A stretch of 63,145 nucleotides of DNA from an uncultured Gammaproteobacteria bacterium (GCA_964397755.1 CAYNJY010000006.1:1-63145); one strand, 5' to 3'; positions 35,247 to 45,941 are shown, counted from the stretch's first letter. The notes: generated by a model not told the origin, from the sequence alone. Numbers and translations: made by a program.

Positions 35247-35314
35247 AAGAGGCTTACTTAAGAAGCATTTTGGAGAAGTATCTAGCCTATAAACGCCGCG
35301 TTCCAATGTTTACC

Positions 35315-35389
35315 TGGTGAGCCGTGCAGGATTCGAACCTGCAACCAACAGCTTAAAAGGCTGCTGCTCTACCATTGAGCTAACGGCCC
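35315..35389 (-). tRNA. tRNA-Lys(UUU), CCA encoded
   Basis: Acceptor GGGCCGT/ACGGCTC, anticodon loop CTTTTAA, T arm GCAGG-TTCGAAT-CCTGC, 3' end ACCA. Confidence 0.9.
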
Positions 35390-35399
35390 ATTTAAATAC

Positions 35400-35433
35400 T
35401 GGCGGGACTGCTCTGCCGTTGAGCTACGGGCCC
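35400..35433 (-). pseudogene. tRNA 5'-half fragment (acceptor plus D arm) upstream of tRNA-Lys
   Basis: Minus strand GGGCCCGTAGCTCAACGGCAGAGCAG resembles the first 26 nt of the adjacent tRNA-Lys. It continues as TCCCGCCA, with no anticodon or T arm. Confidence 0.4.
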
Positions 35434-35477
35434 TTCGTCGCTTCGCTCCTCAGGGCAAGCCCATTTGGAGTGAAGTT

Positions 35478-35486
35478 ATTATATCA
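35478..35486 (-). promoter_or_regulatory. candidate extended -10 promoter (TGATATAAT) for tRNA-Lys
   Basis: Minus strand reads TGATATAAT about 90 nt upstream of the tRNA-Lys 5' end. Confidence 0.4.
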
Positions 35487-35503
35487 ATTCAATATGCCTA
35501 AGA

Positions 35504-35878
35504 CTAGAGTGTGACGTTTTGGATGTGATTAAAGTAAGTTGGGGTGTCTGAGTCATCAATTTCGATCCCAATAACGTCTATCCGCATACTCTCCGGTAGT
35601 TTTTCATGAAGAAGCTTGTAATATTGGGCAGTTTTAACAACTTCGCGCAGTTTCCAGGGCGTCACGGACTCTTCCGGCTTACCAAATTCTTCGCCGACCC
35701 TGGTTTTTACCTCCACAAACACAAGTGTATCGTCTTTTGTACAAATGATATCAAGTTCTCCGTAGCGGGCTTTGAAGTTACGATCTATGATGCGAAACCC
35801 CTTCTTCCGAAGATACAAAGCGGCGATATCTTCCCCTTGTTTACCCAGTCGCTGGCGATGGGGAGGCAGTGGCTTCAT
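35504..35878 (-). CDS. yraN: YraN-family endonuclease (UPF0102)
   Basis: LGKQGEDIAALYLRKKGFRIIDRNFKARYGELDII...LVFVEVKTR. The ATG at 35878 overlaps the rplS end by 38 nt. Confidence 0.8.
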   Translation of the reverse strand: MKPLPPHRQRLGKQGEDIAALYLRKKGFRIIDRNFKARYGELDIICTKDDTLVFVEVKTRVGEEFGKPEESVTPWKLREVVKTAQYYKLLHEKLPESMRIDVIGIEIDDSDTPTYFNHIQNVTL

Positions 35879-36257
35879 CGACACGAGTAGCCGAACGGCC
35901 GGTACGACGTCTTAGGTAGTAAAGCTTAGCCCGCCTGACATCGCCGCGTTTGACGACCTCAATGTTTCTGATCCACGGAGATACAAGAGGGAAGATCCGT
36001 TCAATACCTATCCCACCCACCCCGATACGCCGGACGGTAAACATAGCGTTCTGTCCGCTTCCCTTTATCGAAAGCACGATTCCTTCAAACACCTGGGTGC
36101 GCTCGCGCGTTTCCTCGTGGACTTCCCGCTTGGCTTTCCCCGTCACCTTTTCCTTTTCTATCAAGCGGTAAAAAACCTTCACTGTATCGCCGACGTGAAA
36201 GAGCACTTTTTTTTTATTATCCCCTTCTCCTGTCACCCATGAGACACTATTGGCCAT
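35841..36257 (-). CDS. rplS: 50S ribosomal protein L19 (with internal insertion and N-terminal extension)
   Basis: GDTVKVFYRLIE, RTQVFEGIVLSIKGSGQNAMFTVRR, ERIFPLVSP and RRAKLYYLR. Confidence 0.9.
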   Translation of the reverse strand: MANSVSWVTGEGDNKKKVLFHVGDTVKVFYRLIEKEKVTGKAKREVHEETRERTQVFEGIVLSIKGSGQNAMFTVRRIGVGGIGIERIFPLVSPWIRNIEVVKRGDVRRAKLYYLRRRTGRSATRVDEATASPSPATG

Positions 36258-36276
36258 ATTAAATAGATACAGCCAT

Positions 36277-37947
36277 CTATTTTACCAGCACGGGATGTTT
36301 GATACAAGCATCGAGATAATCAATGAAGAGTGGGTGCGGCGCGAGCGGCCGGGAACGATACTCAGGATGATACTGCGTACCCAGGAAGAACGGGTGTCTA
36401 TCCTTCGGAAGTTCCACAATCTCAACAAGATTCTCTACCACTGATCTTCCGGCAATTACCAAACCTGCTTCCTCAAATCTTTTAGCGTACGTACCGTTAA
36501 ACTCGTAACGGTGGCGGTGTCTTTCTCCCACAATTCGCCGCTTGGGGTCATCGTAACCTTTATATATCTTGTAGGCTTCGTCGGTCAGGCTACCCTCCCT
36601 TACTTGGCATTCCCAGCGGCCCAGGCGCATCGATCCCCCATAGGCCCGGCGCTTAAGCACCTCTTTCTGCCCTTTTATCATGTGGATGACGGGATGAGGC
36701 GTTTTGGAGTCGCATTCCTTAGTGTGAGCTCGCGTCAGGCCCAACACGTTTCGGGCAAACTCAACTACCGCCAACTGCATGCCGTAGCAAAGGCCCAGGT
36801 AGGGAATTTTTTCTTCCCGGGCGTAGCGGATGGCCTCAATCATGCCTTCGACCCCGCGCGGGCCCCAGCCGATGGGGACGATGACGCCGCTGACTCCCGC
36901 AAGAAGCTTTTCAACTTTTTCGCCTTTCTCGATTCGCTCCGCATTCACCCAACGGGTTTTAACAGTCACCCCATGCTGCCAGCCGGCATGATCGAGCGCG
37001 TCGATAAGTGCCGCGTAGGAATCGCGCAGTTCGTAATCGCCGGTAGCAAAGTATTTACCGACAATCGCAATTTCCATCATTTTTTTCCGGGAATGATCCC
37101 CGCGTTCGAGAAATTTTTTCCAATCCGAAAGCATTGCGGGCGTGTCTGGAAGGCCAAGCTCTTGAAGTATTTTTTGTGCAAACTGCTGTTCCTCAAAAAC
37201 CATCGGAACCTCGTATGCCGAAAAAACGTCAGGGTTATTGATAACGTGCTCAGGTTCAATGTTGCAAAACATGGCAAGGCGTTCTCGACGCCTCTTATCA
37301 ATTGATTTTTCTCCACGGCATACGATAAAGTCCGGTTGTATTCCCATCGATTGAAGAAACTTTACCGACAGTTGTGTTGGCTTGGTTTTTGGTTCGCCGA
37401 GGTGTCTCGGTGTTGGCAAGTAACTCACATGGATGTGGACAACAGCTGCTTTCTTGACGATTTTTAGTATACGAGAAGCCTCATAGTAGAGTATGTTCTG
37501 ATACTCACCAGCTGTTCCACCGAGTTCAACCACAACAATATCTGCATTTTCTTTTTTTGCCGCCTCGTTGATTTTCCATAGTATCTCATCAGTAATGTGA
37601 GGGATTGCTTCAACATCCTCACCTTGGTACTCGAAGTTGCGCTCGCGGCTAATCACATCCCAGTAGATTTGTCCCATCGTAATGAAGTTGTGGCGCAGCA
37701 CATTTTTATTGAGGAACTTCTCGTAGGAACCCATGTCCATATCCGCTTCCGTCCCGTCATCGCAGAGAAACGGATCGCCGTGCTCGATGGGATTGATGAG
37801 CCCGGCGTCGATATTGAGGTAGTTCTCACACTTGACCGGGGTAATCCTATATCCTCTCGACTGTAGGAGGAATGCAAGAGAAGCTGCGGTGACGCCCTTT
37901 CCTAAACCTGAAAGGACACCGCCAGAAACAAAGATGTACTTCGGCAC
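36277..37947 (-). CDS. pyrG: CTP synthase
   Basis: KYIFVSGGVLSGLGKG, a GATase domain with GLCYGMQ, and HRHRYEFN. GTG start. Confidence 0.95.
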   Translation of the reverse strand: MPKYIFVSGGVLSGLGKGVTAASLAFLLQSRGYRITPVKCENYLNIDAGLINPIEHGDPFLCDDGTEADMDMGSYEKFLNKNVLRHNFITMGQIYWDVISRERNFEYQGEDVEAIPHITDEILWKINEAAKKENADIVVVELGGTAGEYQNILYYEASRILKIVKKAAVVHIHVSYLPTPRHLGEPKTKPTQLSVKFLQSMGIQPDFIVCRGEKSIDKRRRERLAMFCNIEPEHVINNPDVFSAYEVPMVFEEQQFAQKILQELGLPDTPAMLSDWKKFLERGDHSRKKMMEIAIVGKYFATGDYELRDSYAALIDALDHAGWQHGVTVKTRWVNAERIEKGEKVEKLLAGVSGVIVPIGWGPRGVEGMIEAIRYAREEKIPYLGLCYGMQLAVVEFARNVLGLTRAHTKECDSKTPHPVIHMIKGQKEVLKRRAYGGSMRLGRWECQVREGSLTDEAYKIYKGYDDPKRRIVGERHRHRYEFNGTYAKRFEEAGLVIAGRSVVENLVEIVELPKDRHPFFLGTQYHPEYRSRPLAPHPLFIDYLDACIKHPVLVK

Positions 37948-37978
37948 AGCCTAGGATACCAAAGCGAAACTTCTTTCG

Positions 37979-39121
37979 TCAATGAGCGATACCAGAGATG
38001 ATAACACCCCATTGTCTCTCTTTCCCATCGTCAATGCGCGCGGCCCGACGTACGGATACCATTCCATGTAAAGGCTTTCGACGTTTATTGTATGCCTCTT
38101 CCATCATTTCATGCACAGGACCTCCTCCGGTCAGAAAAAACCTCGTCCTATGCTTGGTAGTAGCATTACCCATTGACAGGGTTTGTACGTCTCTCAAGGG
38201 TGACCTGTCGGCCTGCATTACTGATCCAAAATCTCCGGCGGTAAAATATCCGCGAGTCAACGCGTCCGGCAGAGTATTTACCATATAATTGAGTCCCTTC
38301 TCTTTTCCGGCCAGACCAAACGAAGGGCCTCCTGCGCGAATAATTAATGGAACCCCGCGAAGCTCAGCGGCAGTAACCGCCACGACCATACCTTGTGTAG
38401 TTGCGACAGAAACGGCTATCTCCTCGAGCAGCCCATTTCGGGCTACGCCGAGTTTTTCATCAATAAGCGCATCGGCCAATAGCGTCGTCATACCGGCCAA
38501 ACAGTCGTCAACGCGCCTCATTCGTCTTTCAATTCCCTCTACGCCCATTCGTCTTCGTATTTGCGTCGTGCCTTTGGAAATAAAAGGGTTCATGAGGCTT
38601 GCAACGGCACCTTTATACGCTACTCTCTCAAAATACCCGACCCTACTTCTGTTTCCTATCGTAGTCAACTGAAGCATTAGAGTTGACAGTGCACCGCTAT
38701 AAACCTCAATAACACTGGGGAGACCATTTTCTTTTGTTCGAACGGCTCGAAACACAGGTGGATCACTTGGGTCTACACTCGTAACATTAGATTCCAAGGC
38801 TTCCGCAGCCTCTTGTGCTGAAGCAGCCTTTCCCCCTGTTTCAAGTAAGAAGCTATTTCTTGAAAGCCAGTCAACAAAAGAACCAGCTGTCAGCACTGTT
38901 CCGGCAATAGGGCCTGTCAGGAGGTCACCATAGAGCACCATGGCTTCACCCTGTTTCCCCTCCCCGTGCCATCCGGAAGGTACAGTCAATAAACTTCCGT
39001 CCGGAGCGATCTCAACAGAGATAGCATCAAAACCTCTTCGTATAGACTGCTCTATATCGGACGCACCCGCTGTCCGCAACCCATGCTCTCTGCTACTTGA
39101 CACACGCCTTCTTTTTGGCAT
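37979..39121 (-). CDS. hypothetical 380-aa soluble protein, no family recognised
   Basis: Long ORF co-directional with and tightly packed between the CBS gene and pyrG. The ATG at 39121 is preceded by GAAGGTAGG. Gly-rich loops are LETGGKAAS, IIRAGGPSFG and FLTGGGPVHE. Confidence 0.55.
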   Translation of the reverse strand: MPKRRRVSSSREHGLRTAGASDIEQSIRRGFDAISVEIAPDGSLLTVPSGWHGEGKQGEAMVLYGDLLTGPIAGTVLTAGSFVDWLSRNSFLLETGGKAASAQEAAEALESNVTSVDPSDPPVFRAVRTKENGLPSVIEVYSGALSTLMLQLTTIGNRSRVGYFERVAYKGAVASLMNPFISKGTTQIRRRMGVEGIERRMRRVDDCLAGMTTLLADALIDEKLGVARNGLLEEIAVSVATTQGMVVAVTAAELRGVPLIIRAGGPSFGLAGKEKGLNYMVNTLPDALTRGYFTAGDFGSVMQADRSPLRDVQTLSMGNATTKHRTRFFLTGGGPVHEMMEEAYNKRRKPLHGMVSVRRAARIDDGKERQWGVIISGIAH

Positions 39122-39122
39122 C

Positions 39123-39695
39123 CTACCTTCTTTGTTCAAAAAAAGCAGCTATCCGCTTCCTGAATCTTCTACCTCGTTTCTTTGTGGTTGTCTTTTTCTC
39201 GTTGCTCTTTAAGAGGTGCTTCTGGAAAAGAGCATAAAACACATCGCCTTTCGTGAGAAGACCGACAAGTGTATCGGTATCAGAAAGCACCGGGAGCTGG
39301 TGTACGCGCTGGGTAATCATTCGTGATAGCGCTCGCATGATTGGAGTATCTGCCCGCGTAAATATCACTCGTCGGTTCATAACATCCTTGGTCGACTTTC
39401 CCCCAAGCTCGTGGATTTTCTCTTCCATTTTGTCAAAATCGAGGCTCGTTGAGAGATTTTCAATAAACTCTCGGTAGTCTGGGTACAGGGGTTTGAGGAG
39501 ATCCTCCCGCGTTATGAGGCCGATGAGTACTCTTCTCTTATCAATAACAGGGATGGCATTAATGTGGCGCTTAAAAATTGCTCTCCAAATATTTCGGATC
39601 GGCGTCTTTTGGTGCACCGTAAAGATCCTCTTCGTCATGACATCCTGTACCATCATACCCGGAGGGACTATACGCAAACACGCTCTTCCTGTCAA
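39123..39695 (-). CDS. CBS-domain pair protein with a basic C-terminal tail
   Basis: Two CBS repeats (VMTKRIFTV...AIPVIDKRRVLIGLITREDLL and VMNRRVIFT...LPVLSDTDTLVGLLTKGDV). The TTG start overlaps the atpC stop; alternative ATG starts lie at 39656 and 39653. Confidence 0.75.
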   Translation of the reverse strand: MTGRACLRIVPPGMMVQDVMTKRIFTVHQKTPIRNIWRAIFKRHINAIPVIDKRRVLIGLITREDLLKPLYPDYREFIENLSTSLDFDKMEEKIHELGGKSTKDVMNRRVIFTRADTPIMRALSRMITQRVHQLPVLSDTDTLVGLLTKGDVFYALFQKHLLKSNEKKTTTKKRGRRFRKRIAAFFEQRR

Positions 39696-40123
39696 GTCAT
39701 GCGTGGAGCGAGCCGTTTGTGACGGCGCAAAACTGTAATCTCAAGCAGCGACCGTCGAAGGATCGCTTGTGCAGTTCTGTACTCCTCTCCTCGTACTTTT
39801 TGGGAAAGAAGGGTTTTTGCGTGCTCCTGAGCCTTACGAATCTCGGACTCGTTGAGTTCGTCGGCGTGAAGTGCTCGAGAGACCAGAATGTTCACCGTGT
39901 TTCCGGCAACCTCCATGAAGCCGCCGCCGATTGCAAGGTAGTGCTCTTTTGTCCCTTTCGTTATTTTTACTTCACCTTCAGTGAGTGCTGCAAAAAGGGG
40001 CATGTGGTGGGCGAGAACGCCAACGGTGCCGAGGTATGTCGGCACCGAAATCGCCTCTACGGTATCGCTATACGCCTGTCGTTCGGGGGTGATGACCGTG
40101 AGCGTAAATGAGCGTCCTTCCAT
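39692..40123 (-). CDS. atpC: F1 ATP synthase epsilon subunit
   Basis: 143 aa with LTVITPE...G.VGVLAHHMPLFAALTEGEVKI, following atpD. Confidence 0.9.
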   Translation of the reverse strand: MEGRSFTLTVITPERQAYSDTVEAISVPTYLGTVGVLAHHMPLFAALTEGEVKITKGTKEHYLAIGGGFMEVAGNTVNILVSRALHADELNESEIRKAQEHAKTLLSQKVRGEEYRTAQAILRRSLLEITVLRRHKRLAPRMT

Positions 40124-40131
40124 ACTGTCTC

Positions 40132-41587
<1,456 letters not shown>

Positions 41588-41595
41588 AGATTCTT

Positions 41596-42450
41596 CTATT
41601 CCACTGCCAGTCTCGCCGTCACCATGTCCGTAATTTCGTAGGTCACTTTCTCCTGTCGAGCTCTGTTATACAGCAAGGTGAGCTCATCCGTAAGTGAAAG
41701 CGCGTTATCCGTGGCAGAGCGCATCGCGACCATGCGAGCCGAGTGCTCGCTCGCCTCTGCCTGGAGAATCGCGTCACGAACTTGGTTTTCTATGTAATGC
41801 GGAAGGAGCAGGTCAAATGCTGTCGCGATATCCGGCTCAATCGTATAGGTCAACTCACGAGTTTTGGATATCGCTTCACCCTCAAGGGTGAGCGGAAGTA
41901 TGGTTTTTCTGCGAGGCGATTGTGTAAGGGCCGAGACGAACTCATTGTACAGGAGATCTACCGCACCGAACGTGTGCGAGAGGAACTGCGTTATGGCGAG
42001 GTTAACAACCGCCGGGACGCTCCCTCCGAACGGCACACTATCGGAGAAATCAGCGGTGACGGGAGCCCCCATACGAGCAAGGAACTCCGCCCCTTTCTTC
42101 CCAAGTGTAACGAAGGTATGGTCTGAGAGCTTGGGGTACTTGGTCATCAGGAAACGAAACACTTGTGTGTTGAGACCCCCGCAGAGTCCCTTGTTCGTTG
42201 AGATGAGGATAACCAAACGGTTCCCCCTCGGAGCTACCGGCTTGGCTAGGAGCGGATGGTGGGCGAGGTCAACTTTTTCTGAAAGCCGCATCACCATCTC
42301 GTAAATTTTGTTTGCATACAGCTTTCCCGACAGGGCGAGCGCTTGGGCTTTGCGCATCTTCGATGCAGCCACAAGTTCCATCGCTTTCGTAATCTGTGCA
42401 ATATTCTTTGCGGTTCTGATTCTCCGCTTGATGATTCGAATACTGGCCAT
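41596..42450 (-). CDS. atpG: F1 ATP synthase gamma subunit
   Basis: IKRRIRTAKNIAQITKAMELVAASKMRKAQ N-terminus and ITDMVTARLAVE C-terminus. Confidence 0.9.
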   Translation of the reverse strand: MASIRIIKRRIRTAKNIAQITKAMELVAASKMRKAQALALSGKLYANKIYEMVMRLSEKVDLAHHPLLAKPVAPRGNRLVILISTNKGLCGGLNTQVFRFLMTKYPKLSDHTFVTLGKKGAEFLARMGAPVTADFSDSVPFGGSVPAVVNLAITQFLSHTFGAVDLLYNEFVSALTQSPRRKTILPLTLEGEAISKTRELTYTIEPDIATAFDLLLPHYIENQVRDAILQAEASEHSARMVAMRSATDNALSLTDELTLLYNRARQEKVTYEITDMVTARLAVE

Positions 42451-42451
42451 A

Positions 42452-43960
42452 CTACACGAATCCTTTCGTTACCTCTTTGATCGCTTTTTGGAATGTTGCT
42501 TCGCCCTCTCCCGTCAATGTTTTTTCTTTCGCAATGGCAGCGAGAGCCTTTCGCTCGTGTACCTCAAGATAGTCAAGGAATTTCTGCTCAAACTCCAAAA
42601 TGCGGGAAACCGGCACACCGTCAAGATACCCACCAGTTCCCGCCCACATGCTCGCGACCTGCTTCTCGACAGACATCGGCACATACTGGCCCTGCTTAAG
42701 GAGCTCTACCATTCGACTCCCTCGTTCGATCTGTTTCTTTGTAACCTCATCCACGTCGGCGGCAAACTGAGCAAACGCCGCAAGTTCGCGGTACTGCGCG
42801 AGGTCAAGCCGCAGGTTGCCAGCGACCTTTTTCATTGCCTTTATCTGGGCATCCCCACCCACGCGAGACACAGAGAGACCGACGTTTATCGCTGGTCTTT
42901 GTCCTGCATAAAAGAGATCTGATTCTAAATAGATCTGCCCATCGGTTATGGAAATGACATTGGTGGGAATATATGCTGACACGTCGTTGGCTTGTGTTTC
43001 TACAATGGGAAGGGCGGTAAGAGAGCCACCCCCATAGGGACTCGCGAGCCGACATGCCCGCTCAAGAAGCCTGCTATGGAGATAAAATACATCTCCCGGA
43101 TAGGCTTCGCGGCCAGACGGCCTGCGAAGGGTGAGTGATATCTGCCGGTACGCCCACGCGTGCTTCGTGAGGTCATCGTAGACCACAAGCGCATCGCGGC
43201 CTTGGTCCATAAAGTACTCGCCGAGCGTGCAACCGGCATACGGAGCGAGATACTGAAGGCTAGCCCCTTCGCTCGCAGCTGCAGAAACTACGATCGTATG
43301 GGAAAGGGCTCCGTGTTTCTCAAGATCAGCGACGACCTGCGCGACCCTTGAGGCTTTCTGCCCGATCGCTACATAGATAGAGACGACATTCTCCTTTTTC
43401 TGATTGATGATCGTGTCAACCGCAAGGGCGGTTTTTCCGGTATTCCGGTCGCCGATAATAAGTTCCCGTTGGCCGCGGCCTATTGGTGTCATCGTGTCGA
43501 TTGCCTTGATACCCGTTTGGAGCGGAGTGGTGACCCGTTGGCGGAAGATAACACCGGGCGCGACCCGCTCTATGGGAAGCCTCTTTTTGGCTGAAATTGG
43601 GCCTTTGCCATCGAGCGGGTCGCCCAAAGGGTTCACCACTCGTCCGAGAAATCCCTCTCCTACCGGCGTCGAGAGAAGCTCGCCAGTACCCTGGACCTCA
43701 TCGCCCTGCTTGAGCGACAGGTAATCACCCAAAATGATCGCGCCGACATCGTCTTCTTTCAAATTGACGGCAACTCCGACTACCCCGCCCGGGAAACGGA
43801 GGAGCTCAAGGTAGGCAGCCCTCGGCAACCCGGATAACGTGAGAACGCCGTCTCCGATCGTCACGATATGACCGACGCGGCGCAGCGACTGAGATGGTTC
43901 GTACCGTTCTATCTTTTTAACAAGCTCGAGGGCAATCTGTTTAGAAAGATCCATAGCCAT
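42452..43960 (-). CDS. atpA: F1 ATP synthase alpha subunit
   Basis: [11 protein letters not shown] Walker A and the conserved C-terminal domain. The ATG at 43960 lies 1 nt after the atpH stop. Confidence 0.95.
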   Translation of the reverse strand: MAMDLSKQIALELVKKIERYEPSQSLRRVGHIVTIGDGVLTLSGLPRAAYLELLRFPGGVVGVAVNLKEDDVGAIILGDYLSLKQGDEVQGTGELLSTPVGEGFLGRVVNPLGDPLDGKGPISAKKRLPIERVAPGVIFRQRVTTPLQTGIKAIDTMTPIGRGQRELIIGDRNTGKTALAVDTIINQKKENVVSIYVAIGQKASRVAQVVADLEKHGALSHTIVVSAAASEGASLQYLAPYAGCTLGEYFMDQGRDALVVYDDLTKHAWAYRQISLTLRRPSGREAYPGDVFYLHSRLLERACRLASPYGGGSLTALPIVETQANDVSAYIPTNVISITDGQIYLESDLFYAGQRPAINVGLSVSRVGGDAQIKAMKKVAGNLRLDLAQYRELAAFAQFAADVDEVTKKQIERGSRMVELLKQGQYVPMSVEKQVASMWAGTGGYLDGVPVSRILEFEQKFLDYLEVHERKALAAIAKEKTLTGEGEATFQKAIKEVTKGFV

Positions 43961-43961
43961 A

Positions 43962-44318
43962 CTACTGTACGACTGACTGTTCCACAAAATGGTTGAGCTG
44001 GCGAGAGAGGGTGGTATCTATAATGAGATCACCAATATCTACTCGTAAGCCTCCGAGGAGTGACCGATCGACGGTGCAACGGATGGTGACGGGCCTACCG
44101 ATAACCGACGCGAGCACCCGACCGAGCGCCTGCTTCTCCGAAGCGGTGAGTGCCACCACGCTCCGTACACGAGCTTCCTGCTGCCGTCTTGTGCTCGCTG
44201 TTACCTTCTGAAGGAGTTTCCGCACCCTCGGAACATACTGTTCTGCTTTACCTTCCCGTCGCAGGTAGCTGACCACGCCCTCAACAAAACCTCGTGCATC
44301 GTGGGTGAGAGGATTCAT
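43962..44318 (-). CDS. atpH: F1 ATP synthase delta (OSCP) subunit, short 118-aa form
   Basis: Only the C-terminal OSCP-like part is recognisable ([22 protein letters not shown]). Position between atpF and atpA. Confidence 0.75.
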   Translation of the reverse strand: MNPLTHDARGFVEGVVSYLRREGKAEQYVPRVRKLLQKVTASTRRQQEARVRSVVALTASEKQALGRVLASVIGRPVTIRCTVDRSLLGGLRVDIGDLIIDTTLSRQLNHFVEQSVVQ

Positions 44319-44836
44319 AGAGAAGATCGTAGTTTCCCTCGCTTGGCGAGTGCCTCCAGTTTCTTTATATGCTGACTCACAAGCCGATGCTGATCCGTTG
44401 TCGTAAGGACGCTTCCGATGAGCTTCCGGACCATTGACGCGGCAACGGTTACCGCTTCTTTGCGGAGGTCCATGGCCGTCTGCTCACGGATTCTCTCGGC
44501 TTCGGCTCGCGCTCTCCCAATGATTTCTTCTCCTTGCTTCTGGGCTTGGACAACACTCTCTCGCTCAACATCCTTGGCATCTTTTTTCGCCTGTTCTATA
44601 ACCAGCTGGCCTTCATGACGTGCTGCCGCAAGAACTTTCTCTCGCTTTGCCGCGAGCTTCTCCTCCTCCTGCCGCATTTTTTCTGTCAAGGCCAAGCCCT
44701 CCCCAATCTCCTTTTTCCGCTTCTCGAGCATGGTGAGAATCGGCCGGTAAAGAAGCTTCTGGAGGGCCAGCACAATGATGAGAAAATTGATGACCTGCGC
44801 GGCCAGCAACTTCGCGTCGATACCTAACTGTTCCAT
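44315..44836 (-). CDS. atpF: Fo ATP synthase subunit b
   Basis: One N-terminal TM helix and a long charged coiled coil. GGAGGG lies upstream of the ATG. Confidence 0.85.
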   Translation of the reverse strand: MEQLGIDAKLLAAQVINFLIIVLALQKLLYRPILTMLEKRKKEIGEGLALTEKMRQEEEKLAAKREKVLAAARHEGQLVIEQAKKDAKDVERESVVQAQKQGEEIIGRARAEAERIREQTAMDLRKEAVTVAASMVRKLIGSVLTTTDQHRLVSQHIKKLEALAKRGKLRSSL

Positions 44837-44846
44837 AGAAACCCTC

Positions 44847-45074
44847 CTAGACGAACTTAATTATCAGACCCGCTACCAATGCGTAGATCGCGATCGCCTC
44901 CGCAAATGCAATGCCAAGGATCATGCTTGTTCGCACCTCTCCAGCAGATTCAGGGTTCCTTCCGATTGCCTCCATGGCTCTTGCAGTAATCATACCGATC
45001 GCAATCGCGGGTGCCGAGCCTCCGACTGCTATGGTAATGCCCGTCATGACTAATTTTGCAACTGCCTCATCCAT
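44847..45074 (-). CDS. atpE: Fo ATP synthase subunit c
   Basis: 75-aa hairpin proteolipid with GRNPE loop and FAEAIAIYALV carboxylate helix. AAGGAGGTG lies upstream. Confidence 0.9.
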   Translation of the reverse strand: MDEAVAKLVMTGITIAVGGSAPAIAIGMITARAMEAIGRNPESAGEVRTSMILGIAFAEAIAIYALVAGLIIKFV

Positions 45075-45209
45075 ACTCTCACCTCCTTTAGGAAGAGTTT
45101 TCGAGCGTCTTTGCGAGAATTACTCTTTCGTAAGCCCTCCTGTAAGCGCTCCGCGAGCCGTCTACGAATAGTAGTGAAAAGGCGAGCGGTAAGCTAGGGA
45201 GGGCATTTC

Positions 45210-45938
45210 CTACCCGTGTTCTGCGTGTGAAACTGCTACGTTTAAAAATACCGCAGTGAGCATAGAAAACACAAGGGCCTGAATAAATCCAACAAACAAT
45301 TCCAGAGCCAGAAATGGGAGCGGGGCGACAAAGGGCATAAGAAATGCCATAACGGTGAGGAGTACCTCGCCGGCGAAAATATTACCAAAGAGCCGGAATG
45401 CAAAGGATAGTACTTTGGATATCTCCGATGCGAGCTCGAGTATTCCCACAAAGAAATTAATAGGGTTTGAAACATTAATAAATCGGGTCGAGTAATGGCT
45501 GCCGGCGGTTTTGAACCCAAAATACTGAATCGCTAGTACGGCAACGACCGCAAGCCCAAGCGTTGTGTTTATATCACTCGTAGCAGCGCGAAAAAGCGGA
45601 ATGATCTTTGCCTCAGCTTCTCGTATTCCAATCGTTCCGACGCCGGGAAAGAGCCCCATCCAGTTTGCAGTAATAATAAAGAGAAAGAAAGACGCAAGAA
45701 GCGGAAAAAACCTCGCTGCGTGGGGACCAGTAATGGATGCGAAAAACTCATAGAGTCCGCCGACAATCGACTCAGCAATCGATTGCAAAGGCGACGGAAC
45801 GAGGCGCATGCGGCGCGTCGCGAGAGACGAAAGTGCGATAAGAAGAAGTGTTACGAGCCAAGTCGTAAGAAGTGCGTTCGTTATGGGAAACCCCAGAAGG
45901 GTTCCGAGCTTCTCTGCGGCAAGAGATATGTGTGGCAT
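45210..45938 (-). CDS. atpB: Fo ATP synthase subunit a
   Basis: Multi-TM protein with the conserved LSFAFRLFGNIFAGE stator arginine region. Confidence 0.9.
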   Translation of the reverse strand: MPHISLAAEKLGTLLGFPITNALLTTWLVTLLLIALSSLATRRMRLVPSPLQSIAESIVGGLYEFFASITGPHAARFFPLLASFFLFIITANWMGLFPGVGTIGIREAEAKIIPLFRAATSDINTTLGLAVVAVLAIQYFGFKTAGSHYSTRFINVSNPINFFVGILELASEISKVLSFAFRLFGNIFAGEVLLTVMAFLMPFVAPLPFLALELFVGFIQALVFSMLTAVFLNVAVSHAEHG

Positions 45939-45941
45939 TGT

